A DNA stretch of 64,000 bases from Callorhinchus milii (taxonomy: Eukaryota), in NCBI RefSeq assembly GCF_018977255.1, contig NW_024704742.1:123320001-123384000 (forward strand). The letters are read 5' to 3'. The stretch's first letter is position 1; each line of letters starts with the position of its first letter. Shown piece after piece: positions 1 to 12,600 of this stretch. Below the pieces are notes generated by a model. It did not search any database. It was not told where the DNA came from and worked only from the letters and a program-made list of their open reading frames with translations. The translations under genes were made by a program, and so were the position numbers.

Positions 1-198
1 AGGGCTCCCAATATTGTCACTATTGTCATTGATGATATCCTGGCTAGAATAACGAATGGGGTTTACAGCAATTTAATTCCTTTCTCTTTCCCCCTCTCCC
101 CAAATGCGTTGTCTAATAACTCCATGATGCAGTTATAGCAAACATTATCACTGACGAGCACAGCTGAGGTCAGGAGCACTCCGGGGAAACGGGCTTCA

Positions 199-420
199 AA
201 CAACAACAACAACAAGAAGATTTCATTTATAGAGCGCCTTTCACGTCGGGAGGATGTCCCAAGGCACTGGACAGTTGGGTCGGGACCCGAGCATTGGGGG
301 GAAATGGTCAGGGTGAGGGTAAGGGAAGGAGGGAGCGAGGAGGGGGTAGAGAGTTGAGAGGGGAGCTAAAGGCACGGTCGAAGAGAAAGGTCTTGAGACC
401 GGCCTTGAAGGAGGAAAGGG
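199..420 (-). mobile_element. L2-clade LINE 3' end, young subfamily
   Basis: (AAC)n tail, reverse complement of the GGGAC..CTCCCGACGTGAAAGGCGC hairpin, and ORF2 C-terminal sequence shared with 38916-41800. Confidence 0.85.
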
Positions 421-620
421 AAATCAACTATGTCAACAACTTGCATGTATATAGTGCCCTTCACACGGGGCAGAGTCTCGGACCGCTTGCCCTACACTGG
501 TGTCATTTTTTGTTGTTGTGATTTAGTACTGCTGCAATTTGTGTTTGCTGTGATTATTTGATTAATGTTTAAAATATGTTTAATTTTAAAAATTCTTATT
601 TTTCAGTGACAGCCATAAAC

Positions 621-687
621 ATGTTTGGCCAGTGGAGATGGTTACGGTTATGCCTATTCCTTCAGCTGAACATATATTTTAAGGCTG
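621..687 (+). CDS. IL6ST: IL6ST coding exon 1, signal peptide (exon starts at 607)
   Basis: tttcag acceptor ends 606; ATG 621; [22 protein letters not shown]; phase-1 donor gtgagt at 688. Confidence 0.85.
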
Positions 688-3600
688 GTGAGTAAAGGAG
701 AATTGAGTGCAGATTTTCAATTTGTGATTGTATGATACAGTTTTTGATACTGGGTAATTTTGTGATGCCCTTGCAGATATCAGAAGTCTTTATGACTTTG
801 TTGATTTACTGTATAAATGAAACCGTACAGGACAATGTTTGATAGATCGTTTATTCATTAATTAAAATGTTTTTTTTGTTAGTTAGACGTGGGGGAGGAG
901 GGAGAATTTGACTTGAACGATAAATTTGGTGAATAGTGGGAAGTAATGTGATGCATTCATCCAAAAATCTGCTTAAAATACCGTCCATCACTCCTGTCCT
1001 CTCCAGGCTCACTGACTCTCAGCAAATCGACTTCAAGATTCTCACCATCACCTACAAATACATTTACACCCTTGCATTTCCCTACCTTGTGGAGTCCTGT
1101 AACTTAGTGGTTAGAGCACTCGCCTCGCAAGCGAGGACCTGGGTTCAATTCCCATGCAGCACGAAACGTTAGACAAGTCTCCTTACTCCATATGCCTCTG
1201 TTTACCTAGCAGTAAGTAAGAACCCGGTTGTTAATCGATTGGCAGGTTGCTTTTCCGGGGCTAATAATCCCTTCAAAAATAAAAATAATAATATGGTAAC
1301 TCAATCACCAACCGTTTGGGACACTGCTGTGCGCAATTGGCTGCCGTGTTTCGCCCACAAAATATATGGTCAATTCACTTTACAGTATATTCTGTGAAGC
1401 GCTTTAAGACGGCTCGAATATTACATCAAATACCAGGATTATTATTATTTCTCTTAACTTCTCCAACCTCCCCTTCCTTGCAAAGTCCCAGAATGCGTTG
1501 TTGCAAATCTACGCCCCGAGGCTCTGGAGCTCCCTCACTCCCTTCGCCTCACCCCCTTTCTTCCTAATTTCAGGTCTCGGCTGACCTTTCTTTTCGACCG
1601 CACCTTCCTCCCCCTCCCCCTGGCTCGGCCCCGGGATCCATTACTGTGAAGAGCTCTGAGACACCATCTGGCATGGCGGGCGCCATATAAATCCAAGTTG
1701 TTGTACTGCTTCTCTCCGCTCGTCAAACTGAGGCTTGCTGAGCATCTCCCACCCCCTCTTCCCCAGCATTGACCTTTAACTATTACGAGGCACTCTCTGA
1801 CACTCTACCCCGCCATATTATCGACTCTTACCTGTCTTCAAACAATGCCTAAATACCTATAATAATAATAATCCTTGCATTTGATATAGCGCTTTTCACG
1901 TCGGGAGGACGTCCCAAAGCGCTTCACAGAACACACTGTAAAGTGAATTGACTGTATATTTGTGGGCGAACGCGGCAGCCAATTGCGCACAGCAATGTCC
2001 CACAAACAGTCGTAGATTGAAAATGACCAATTTATTATTGTTTTTTTGGAGGGATTATTATTAGGCGTGTGGAGTAAGGAAACTTGCCCAAGGTTTCGCC
2101 CTGCCTGGAATTGAACTCAGGTCTTTCCTAGCTTGTAGAACATGCCTAAGGCCACATCTTTTCTCCCCCACAATGCACACAAATTTCCAGAACCAATTTA
2201 TTGCTCTATTCTGTACAGTGTGATGTGCGTGTATTCCTGGAACGAACAGTGCAGTGTTTGGAATTCAGGATGCATATGTACTATCCTGGACACTGAACTA
2301 AATTGGCAAATTCAGTTTTCAAAATTGAAATTTAGGTGAAAATCTGTTTCTGCCAAGTCATTTTCAACCCAAACCAAGTATTTATTATTTACAAATTGGT
2401 AAAAATTTGATATTAATGGTCCTTAACATTTTAGTATTTTCATATCAATTTTAATTCAGCCATCAAAATTCTATACAATATTCTCACTTCATAATCTACA
2501 AATATCTGTCATAATAGTCAGTCCATTGTGCGTGCAAGCATGCAGGACATCACACACCTCTCAAATGATTGTCCAAACTGGAAATGGTCATTTAATTGTG
2601 TGTAAATACTCTTATCAGATTTACTTTTTGAATTATCTAGATTTAATAAATATAAAATGTGTTTCTCTCCTCGTCATATAGGAGGTAGCTCAATTGAGAA
2701 TTATGCCTACATAATTCCAGAGTCGCCAATAGTTGAACTTGGATCCGAGCTAAAAGCATCCTGCATTCTCAATGATGACTACGTAAAAGATGTAGACGCA
2801 AATCAGATTTTCTGGAGATTGAAAGATAAACAAATACCAGAAACTCAGTATGTGGTAGTCAATAGAACTGTGTCCAATGTAACATTGACCTTTTCCGATG
2901 CCGGAACTGCACTTCTAACCTGTAATCTACAACTCAATGAAGATCAAGTAGCTACCGTCTTTGGAACAGTTGTCAGAACAGGACGTAAGTATTATTCTGA
3001 GAATTGAATGGGTGGGGAAAAGACAAGAAATTGTGTATGTAGCCTGTTTTTTTTGGATAAGACTGAAGATACGTTTGCCGTCGTATTGCATTAAATAAGT
3101 CATGTAAATGAATAATCGGCATGTTTTGATAATAAGATAGATTTCAGAAATGGATCAGATACTCTTGGATTAGAAATATTATTTTGATAATCAGAAAGCA
3201 AAACTTTTCGTACAGTGTAACTAGTCTTAGATGTGCCATGTAAAACAAATATCCAAATGTTGACAAGCATGAATCACTCACCAGCCTTTTTAAAACTTTA
3301 TTGTAGTTATCAGTAGTAAGTCTTTGAAGATTTCACCATTTGATTCTTATGGGCAGTAAGACTTTCTATTTCTAATCAAGGTTCTATGGATCTCTAAGCT
3401 GTGAGCTAATTTGTGCAAATGTTTTTTGTATTAAGAATTGTGCTAAAATATCCTTCTTTTGATCTTTCATTTAGTACCACCAGAAAAGCCAAAAAACTTG
3501 TCATGTATTACATATTATGACAAAAATATGACTTGTGCATGGGATCCGGGAAGAAATACATTCTTGAGGACAAGCTATCTGCTTCAAATGTCAGTACAAT

Positions 3601-6600
3601 CTTTGTTTGTTTAGTGAGTGATTTAAGATATTGATCACCTTTCTATAAGCTTGATATATACAGTGGAAACCCAGTTTGCAGTCGCCTTGGTAATCCAGCT
3701 GCCTCACAATTGCAGGCACATTTTCAGTCTCTTTCATCGTCTACACTAAAAGATGGGCTGTCGGCTTCAGTAAACCGGGCACCTCACTATTCAGGATAAT
3801 GGTCATTGATTGCGACCGCTACAGCGGTCTACTATACTACACACTATAAAGTATCGTTGGTGAATGTTCATCAGCTTTGACCATTACTAATGCCCTTAAC
3901 ATTACATCAGTGTCCTGAATCACCCGACCTGTTTCAGTAATCACGTCACCTCACAAGTAGGTCACTTTAGCCCGGTCACTTGAGTTACTGGATTAGTGAG
4001 GTTCTACTGTACCTGGAAATTTCTATTTTATTTTTTCTGAACAATTTTTGAAAGACTGCTATCAAAATTCTAATTTTCTTCATTATGTTAAGTGTTCTGA
4101 TCAGTAACCTTTAGTTACAAATTATTTTACATCCTTTTTGATGATCAGTTTTCTCTATTGAGGAAAACACTGAAGCTACTGCAATAATATCCAGTTAGGA
4201 ACAAGCATTTTTACTCAGTTTGATTTTTTTTTAAAAACAGGTTTGTGGGACGTGGCAGTGTTTCTTTCTGCCAATTTTTCTTCTCTCCTCCCATGAAAGG
4301 AATTTCTGAGCCATCTGCAGCTCAAATTGTACCTGATGGGCACAAAATGGCTTCCTTCTTTTCCTGTAATACAGTAACTGCACTTGCCATTAAATACTTT
4401 AAAGTTCTCAATGTAATTAGGTGTTATAAAAATAAAAACAATTCTTATATTAGATGGATTGACTTTCACAACCAGGCTTGACTATGCCAACTCCCTGCTC
4501 GCCTGATTTCCCAACTCTTCCGTCCGCAGGCTACAGACCATTCAGAACTCTGCAGCTCATGTTCTCTCCTGCACCAGGCTTTGGGAGCCTCACCCATCTC
4601 CACTAGCTCACATATCTCAGAGGATTGAGTTCAATATCCTCATCCTAACTTAAATCTCTCCACAGTCTTGTTCCACCCTAACCCTATGACCTTCTAAAGC
4701 CCAAACAACCCTGGCCTTGCTCTCCAAATTGTAGGCACTGACATTATTCACATTCTCTGTCCTGCCCATGTGGTTGAGCCTTCAGGCTTTCTACCCTTCT
4801 CCTGACCCTTTCCCTAAGCTCCTTCAAGATCCATCTCAAGGCATTTCTCTTTGACCACACCCAGAGCAAGCGCTCTGAGACGCCGTCCGGCGTGGAGGGC
4901 GCTATATAAATCCAAGTTGTTATTGTTGTTCGTTCATCTTCCCATGCCCACCCCTCTTGCTTCCCATTCCCCACCCTACCCAAATCCAACCCCCAACTCG
5001 GGTGCAAACCCTCGACTTTCCAGGCCTTGGGATGTCATCCTGTCGTGAAAGGCACTATATATGAATGCAATTTGATGTTGATCACATCGGGAGGATAACT
5101 CAAAGCATTGGACAGGTGGTGGTCAGCCGGGTGTTGACACATGTGGAAATCCATCACCACACTTAAGAGTATCCAAACCAAACTGAGAACTCCATGCATC
5201 CCACCTATGCATGGAAATTCCAGAGAGAGATTGTTGAAATGGAATGCAGTCTCTCCCTGGAGGGATGCACCCTGCTTATTTAATTCCGGAGAGTATTAGG
5301 CACAGGTTGGTAAGAGCCAAGGCTTGGGAACCCCAGAGTGTGCATTGGGGTACTGCTGTAGTCTGACCAGCTGAAATCACATTAAAATCAATGACTAGCA
5401 AGCTTTCCCACTCCTGATCCAGCTAGGATCAACCTGCCCATTAAGGCTTTGGCTTGCAGGTTTAACAGGAGGTGAGTGAGATGATTCCCTGCACGCAGTG
5501 ACTGGTCTGTCCGTCCAAGTCCTGCCGATGATCCAGGCTGGCTGTGCTGTCATCAGCAGCGCCCTGGAGTACTGTGGACCCGTCAGGCTCAGGAACTGGA
5601 CTACCAAGACCGCCACAGAGGGCTGGCTCGATTCTGATACAACTATTGCCAAACATGCTTGAGTGAGAATAAAGTTTGAGAAATCTTGATAAAATATGTG
5701 GTAGGATTTGATTAATGACATTGTACTAAATTTGGCCTCGTTGATCTTAAAACATTTGAAATTTCTAATTCTGTGTTTTTCAGCAATCGATCTGCATATT
5801 ACTTCTTCAATAAACAAGTATGTTTGGCAAAGGATATGGAAAATTTTTGTGTAATTCCCTTTGCAAACATCAGTTACTATGTTGATCAAATTTTCTGGGT
5901 GGAGGCAACTAACGGTTTGGGCAATGCAAAGTCCGAATCCATCATTTTGGATCCAGTTACCGTTAGTGAGTATCATTTTTGTACTTTAAAACAAGTCTGA
6001 GCAGTATGTGAATTGATGTTTTCTCAATTTTTATTGTATAGGATTTGAGATACTATAATATAATAATAATAATAATAATCCTTGCATTTGATATAGCGCT
6101 TTTCACGTCGGGAGGACGTCCCAAAGCGCTTCACGGAACACACTGTAAAGTGAATTGATTGTATATTTGTGGTCGAACGCGGCAGCCAATTGCGCACAGC
6201 AGTGTCCCACAAACAGTCGTAGATTGAAAATGACCAATTTATTATTGTTTTTGGTTTTACTATTGATTATTATTATAATAATCAACCTTGTACATTTGAT
6301 AGATATTTGATCTCCTTGTACATTTGAAATATTGATATTTACACCTATAACTTCTCCCTTTCCATCACTTATTCCACTGAGACTTCCATTTTACAAGCCT
6401 AATATTGGCCCCAAGTAATGAACATTTTGTTACAGGAATGATCATTTCCTCCTAGGTATATTTAGTATTTTTTATATAAAATGTAAATGTCTATATTCCC
6501 AAACTTCCCCTCATTGGCTTCCTACCTCTACTCTCCACAAGTTCCAATCTGTCCAGAACTTGGCAACTTATACAAGGCTGCACGTACTTTACCTATCCTC

Positions 6601-9600
6601 ATCAGGTTCTACTGACTCCAGTACCACAGACGATTGACTAATTTCCTCATCCAGACCTTCAAAGACCATTTTGAAATTGGCTGCTGCATTTCACCCACAA
6701 AATGCATAGTCAATTCACTTTACAATATATTCTGTGAAGGGCTTTCAGGCGTCTCAAGGTGCTATATCAAATGCAACGATTATTATTATTGTTGGTCTAA
6801 CATCTGTTCCAGATTCTCCTCCATCCCACCATCAGTGCCCGAGTCATCAACTATTATTGCTCACTCTCTCTTCCAGTCCCTTTGCCTTGCTCCCCTCCTC
6901 CTTTTAAAAACTCAACTCCTTGATCCTGTCTTTGGTTAACACTCTCCTTGCTCTTCTGAAATCTGGCAAAAGCATCTGGTAGTAGGGAATCATTGCTGCC
7001 CAGCTCTATTTTTGTTTAATTGGCAACTTTTCCTATTCGGAACTCTTTGATTTTTATTTGTAGTGCCTGATCAGAACATTAGCTATACCCGCAGATACCT
7101 GCAGCCTAAGCTTGGGGATTTACTGTATAACATCCTTCATACTGGGTAATATTTTGGATCACTTAATCATTGGTAGAAATAGAAGATACACAACTATTTT
7201 TGGTCATTACCAGGGCCAATAGAAAATTGCGGAAATATTTGCTGTAAAATTGCCGAGAAATCTGTCAAAAATTGCAGGGATGGTTCGTGCTGTTGATACA
7301 TTTTACTGCCAAGCAACATTTTTTCGCTTTATTGATCAAAACTAAATATGAAGAAATAACATATTAGATGGGCTGAATGGCCTCCTTCCTTTCTGTAAAT
7401 TTCTATGATTTATCTAAGGGAGTGAGGAGAGAGTGCAGTAAATGCAGTATTTTTAACCAATCTATTCATCAATAGCTATAGAAACAGTTTTGATAAAAGA
7501 GAATTTGCATTTACTCCTTTTTTTAAAACTTGAAAAAAAACTTCTTTCCCCCGCCTAAGCCACATCCTGTTCCCAAAGGCGAAAAGCAGTTTGCTTGCAA
7601 AATCTGCCTACTGTCTAGTGATTATGAGAGGCACAAGACTATTTGTCTGCCTTTTTTTCTAGCTTCCACCCATGGGACGTCCACTGCAATCTGGCCAAGA
7701 TGTTTTGCAGATACAGTTTTATTCACAAAATGCACAGTCATTCTACTTTGCAGTATGTTCTGTGAAGTGCTTTGAGACGTCTCACTGATGTGATAATGCA
7801 CTACATGAAGTGAAAGGATTATTATTATTACCCCTTTGTAACACAAATATCCAAAATGTGCATGTGCAGCATACAGACTGGGGTTTTGATGCATTAGTGG
7901 AGTGAATATAAAAGTTCTACTTAAATAGATCGATTGCGCCCAGTTATAATGCTGGTTGGAACCAAACTACCATGTTATAATGGGTCTCTACTGTCAAATT
8001 TATCCATACTAAATTAATGTTGTTTGTGTTTTAGTAAAACCTGATCCCCCAGTGATATCCACGGTGCAATCTGCACCAAATATCACCACGATGTTGACTG
8101 TAAGATGGAAAAATCCAGCCATCCTAGCAAACTATCAGCTGAAGTACATTATCCGTTATAGAGCAGTTGATGATCATGAGTGGATGCAGGTAAACTAATG
8201 TATTAAAGAAACTTAAAATACTGAAATATTGTAATCTTTTTGAGAGGAGGGAAGTTGCATCTTGGGTATGTTTTTCTAAATCCACAAATCTGCATTTCCT
8301 TATAATGTATCTAAATTCGGTTCTGCTCAGAATATCTCAGATGTGTAATGCTCTACCAAAAATAATGGTTGAAGCAGAATTCATAATAGCTTTCAAAAGG
8401 GAATTGGGTAAATATTTGGCCTGTGCTGTTAAATTGTACAATTGTATGTATCTTATGTTCAAAGCTACATATCAAGAGTGCAAAAATAGCCTGCAATTAA
8501 GTATACTGTACCAATATCTTTCACTTCCTTGACAGGTTCCCCCGGAGGATACATCAAATCATAGAGAGTCATTCATGCTTCATAACCTAACACCTTTTAC
8601 CGAGTATGTTTTCACAATCCGGTGCAAGAGCAAGCGTGAGGCTGGTTTCTGGAGTGATTGGAGTGCAGAGAAAAGTGGGAGGACTCCTGAAGGCAGTATG
8701 TATAACAAACAAATATGATCGTGAAACGTTTGGTGGTAATGAAACTAGTAGGAGCAGAGCCAGTAATTAAGAAGAAAGTTTAAAAATAAATCCATTCAGC
8801 TATATATTCATTGTCTTTCAAGCATTCTTTTGATTTTACACTGGATAAGTATCTGTTCCAAATATTCCCTTTGCCTATTCCAATTCCAAAGAAGGTTCAA
8901 AAATAGTTGCTATTTTCTACTGCTTTATTTTCTACTCATGCATAAGATCAAAACAACAACAACAACAAGATTCCATTTATAAAGCGCCTTTCACGTCAGG
9001 AGGACGTCCCAAGGCGCTGCACAGTTGGGTCATGACCCGAGCAGGGGGGAAATGGTCAGGGTGAGGGGAGGGAAGGGAGGGAGCGAGGAGGGGGAAGAGA
9101 GTCGAGAGGGGAGCTGAAGGCTCGGTCAAAGAGAAAGGTTTTGAGACCGGCCTTGAAGGAGGAAAGGGAGGAAGCAAGGCGAAGGCACTGGGGGATAGAG
9201 TTCCAGAGCCTGGGGGCTGAGAGGCTGAAGGCCCGACCACCGATGGTAGGGCGGTTGGGGCGGAGGACGTGGAGCAGACCGGAGCCAGAGGAACGGAGGG
9301 TACGGGCAGGTAGGTAGGGGGATAGTAGGTTGGAGAGGTAGGAGGGAGCAAGGCCGTGAATGGCCTTGTAGGTGAGGATGAGGATCTTGAAATCAATCCT
9401 CTGGGGGATGGGGAGCCAGTGGAGGCGAGCGAGGGTGGGAGTGATGTGGTCCCGAAGCCAAGTGCTGAGTTCTGAATGACCTGCAGCCTGTGGAGGGAGG
9501 CGGCGGGAAGGCCGGTGAGGAGAGAGTTCCCATAGTCCAGCCTTGAGGTGACAAAGGCGTGAACCAGGGTTTCAGCAGCGTGAGGGGTGAGGTAGTGCCG

Positions 9601-12600
9601 TAGTCTGGCGATATTCCGGAGGTGATGGAAGGCGGTGCCAGTTGTGGTGCGGATGTGAGGGAGAAAGGACAGCTCAGGGTCGAACAAAACGCCGAGGTTC
9701 CTGACTGGCTTTGAGAGGTGGAGAGTGCAGCCTTGGATGCTGATGGTGTCAGCGCCTGAGGTGCGGAGGCGCTGACGTGAGCCAATCAGGAGGGCCTCGG
9801 TTTTTCGCACGTTGAGCTGAAGAAAGTTGTCTCTCGTCCAGGACTCGATGTCGGACAGGCAGCTGTCAGGACATCGGTGGTCGTGGAGTTGAGAGTAGAG
9901 GAGGAAAGGTAGAGTTGGGTGTCATGCATGTGGAAGTTAACTCCATGTCTGCGGATGATGTCACCGAGGGGGAGCATATAGAGGGTGAAGAGGAGGCGAC
10001 CGAGGACAGAGCCCTGAGGGACACCACATGAGACAGTACGGGGGGGTGGAGGAGAAGCCATTCGTCGAGACAAAGTGAAGACGGTGAGAAAGGTACGACC
10101 TAAACCATGAGGTGGGAAGACAAGCGGTGGAGTAGGATAGCACGGTCGACCGTATCGAATGCTGCCGATAGGTCGAGGAGGACGAGGATGCAGAGGGAGC
10201 CCTGGTTGCAGATGGTCAGGATATCATTGGTGACCTTGACCAGGGCAGTTTCTGTGCTATGGGCAGCACGGAAACCTGACTGAAGGGGTTCGAAAAGTGA
10301 ATGGGTGGAAAGGAAAGAGCGCAGTTGGGAGGCGACAACTCTTTCCAAGACCTTGGAGAGAAAGGGGAGGTTGGAGATGGGCCGGTAGCTTGATAGCTGC
10401 GACGCATCAAGGGAGGGTTTTTTCAGGGTGGGCGTGATGGTGGCAGTTTTTAAGGGAAACCCATCTGTGTGTGTGTCTGTGTACGTGTGAAGGTTTCAGT
10501 TTTGCACATTCTTGACAGCTTGTGGAGTCCTGTAGCTCAGTGGTTAGAGCACTCGCTTTGCAAGTGAGAGACCTGAGTTCAATTCCAGGCAGAGGGCGAA
10601 ACCTTGGGCAAGTTTCCTTACTCCACACAGAGCCTAATAATAATCCCTCCAAAACCAAAAACAATAATAAATTGGTTATTTTCAATCTACGACTGTTTGT
10701 GGGACATTGCTGTGCGCAATTGGCTGCCGCGTTCGCCCACAAATATACAGTCAATTCACTTTACAGTGTGTTCTGTGAAGCACTTTGGGATGTCCTCCCG
10801 ACATGAAAAGCGCTATATCAAATGCAAGGATTATTATTATTATTATTATTATTATCTGTCACAAAGTAATACATCTGTTTTTTTAAATAACCATATGGTC
10901 AAAGGTGGTGATCATAATACAGTGGAGCCTTGTTATAATGAGGTGTTTGGGAATCTATAACATTCCAGCTTGCACTCTAGTGAAGCACAGTAGCCGGTTT
11001 CACTGCTCATGTGTGCAACCAGCCAGTTTGCTCCTTCCACACTGGGACTAAAAATAAAAAAGAGTTGACATGCTGGTTATTGGGTCAGCGCCAATATCAT
11101 TTCATTACTGGGTTCTGACAAAGGGTCGTGGACCTGAAACATTGACTCACTTTCCTTTCTCCATAGATGCTACCTGACCTACTGAGTGTTCCCAGGGACT
11201 TCAGTTTTTGTTTTCACTTCATTACTTCTTGGTTTAGGTACAAACTAACAAGTGTTGTTGTGGTGGCCTAATAACCCAGAAGTTGGCCATTTTTGACCGA
11301 AAGCAGGCTGACATGGGACTGAATTGTATATTGATTTATACATTCAGTACTTAAAACATTTTTGTTTTGATAAAATAGTAACTTGTAATCATAAAAGTAC
11401 ATTTTGCATTACACTTACGTGGAGTCCTGTAGCTCAATGGTTAGAGCACTCGCTTTGCAAGTGAGAGACCTGAGTTCAATTCCAGGCAGAGGGCGAAACC
11501 TTGGGCAAGTTTCCTTACTCCACACAGAGCCTAATAATAATCCCTCCAAAAACCAAAAACAATAATAAATTGGTCATTTTCAATCTACGACTGTTTGTGG
11601 GACATTGCTGTGCGCAAATGGCTGCCGCGTTCGCCCACAAATATACAGTCAATTCACTTTACAGTGTTCTGTGAAGCGCTTTGGGACGTCCTCCCGACGT
11701 GAAAAGCGCTATATCAAATGCAAGGATTATTATTATTACACTTGAAAACGTATAATGTAAAAATAGCTAAGCAAACTCAATTTTAGATATTTAGTATGAC
11801 TGATGCATTCAAATAAGCACAGACTTTGATGAAGAACATTAAATTTCAGAACATTTTTTGGGGTCAGCTGGGCATCTAACATATGTAGAAACCCATCGCC
11901 AAACCAGACTATTTCATGTATGCCACTTTCACATTCTTGTGTCTGGAACACACTCCCCGGAGGCACTTATCCTCCTAACCTAATTTCTACATACTAATCA
12001 AAGTGATCTAACTCCTAGATATATGAACACATGTTCACAAACGTGGACTACAGTTAACACCTTCCAGCTGCTGTCACTCCAAGCCTCAGTTTCCTCATGA
12101 GGTATTTGGTGGACATCGGCCTTCAACAGTTTGTGATGTGCCAACCACCTTGATGTTTTCAAGGTTCAAATCCAATGCCGCCCACCAAGCTTACTCAGCA
12201 CCAGCTACTTAATCCAGGTTCTTGTGTAAGGGGCTTTGGCAAATAGACATTTTGCCCACAAATATACAGTCAATTCACTTTACAGTCTATTCTGTGAAGC
12301 GCTTTGAGATGTCGAGAAGACATGAAAAGCGCTATATCAAATGCAAGGATTATTATTATATTATATTATGTCTGCCATGAAGCTGACTACGTCTGTTGCT
12401 CAGAAACAGGGTTGAGCCAACCCTCCTTGCAGCCGTTAGCCCTGTTTGATCCTGGATGTTCTAAATGGACCAGAGGAATTAATGTTCAGAAATGCTTTCA
12501 GTTTAAAGAATGAAACCACCACCCAAGTGAATAACTCTGGTATAAGATAATTTGAGAAATAATGGAAACTTGCTCTCCATTAATTAGCTTTCATATAAAT

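Noticed and set aside
2234..2242. STAT/GAS consensus TTCCTGGAA in an IL6ST intron
   Set aside because: A single 9-mer is plausible by chance in 64 kb, and I have no conservation evidence.
5549..5556. CTGATGA on the minus strand of the unclassified repeat as a hammerhead core
   Set aside because: No adjacent stem II followed by GAAA in either full copy.
5395..5976. 193-aa minus-strand ORF
   Set aside because: Antisense to IL6ST exon 4 plus a repeat; no recognisable domain.
10524..10590. tRNA-Ala(TGC)-like sequence (also at 11421, 57023, 1091, 51833)
   Set aside because: No complete acceptor stem, and it continues into a repeated body and L2 tail. It is a SINE head, not a tRNA gene.
10919..10945. 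TA-CAGTGGAGCCTTGTTATAA Tigger-like terminus (similar ends near 7120 and 7990)
   Set aside because: No matching partner terminus could be assigned confidently.
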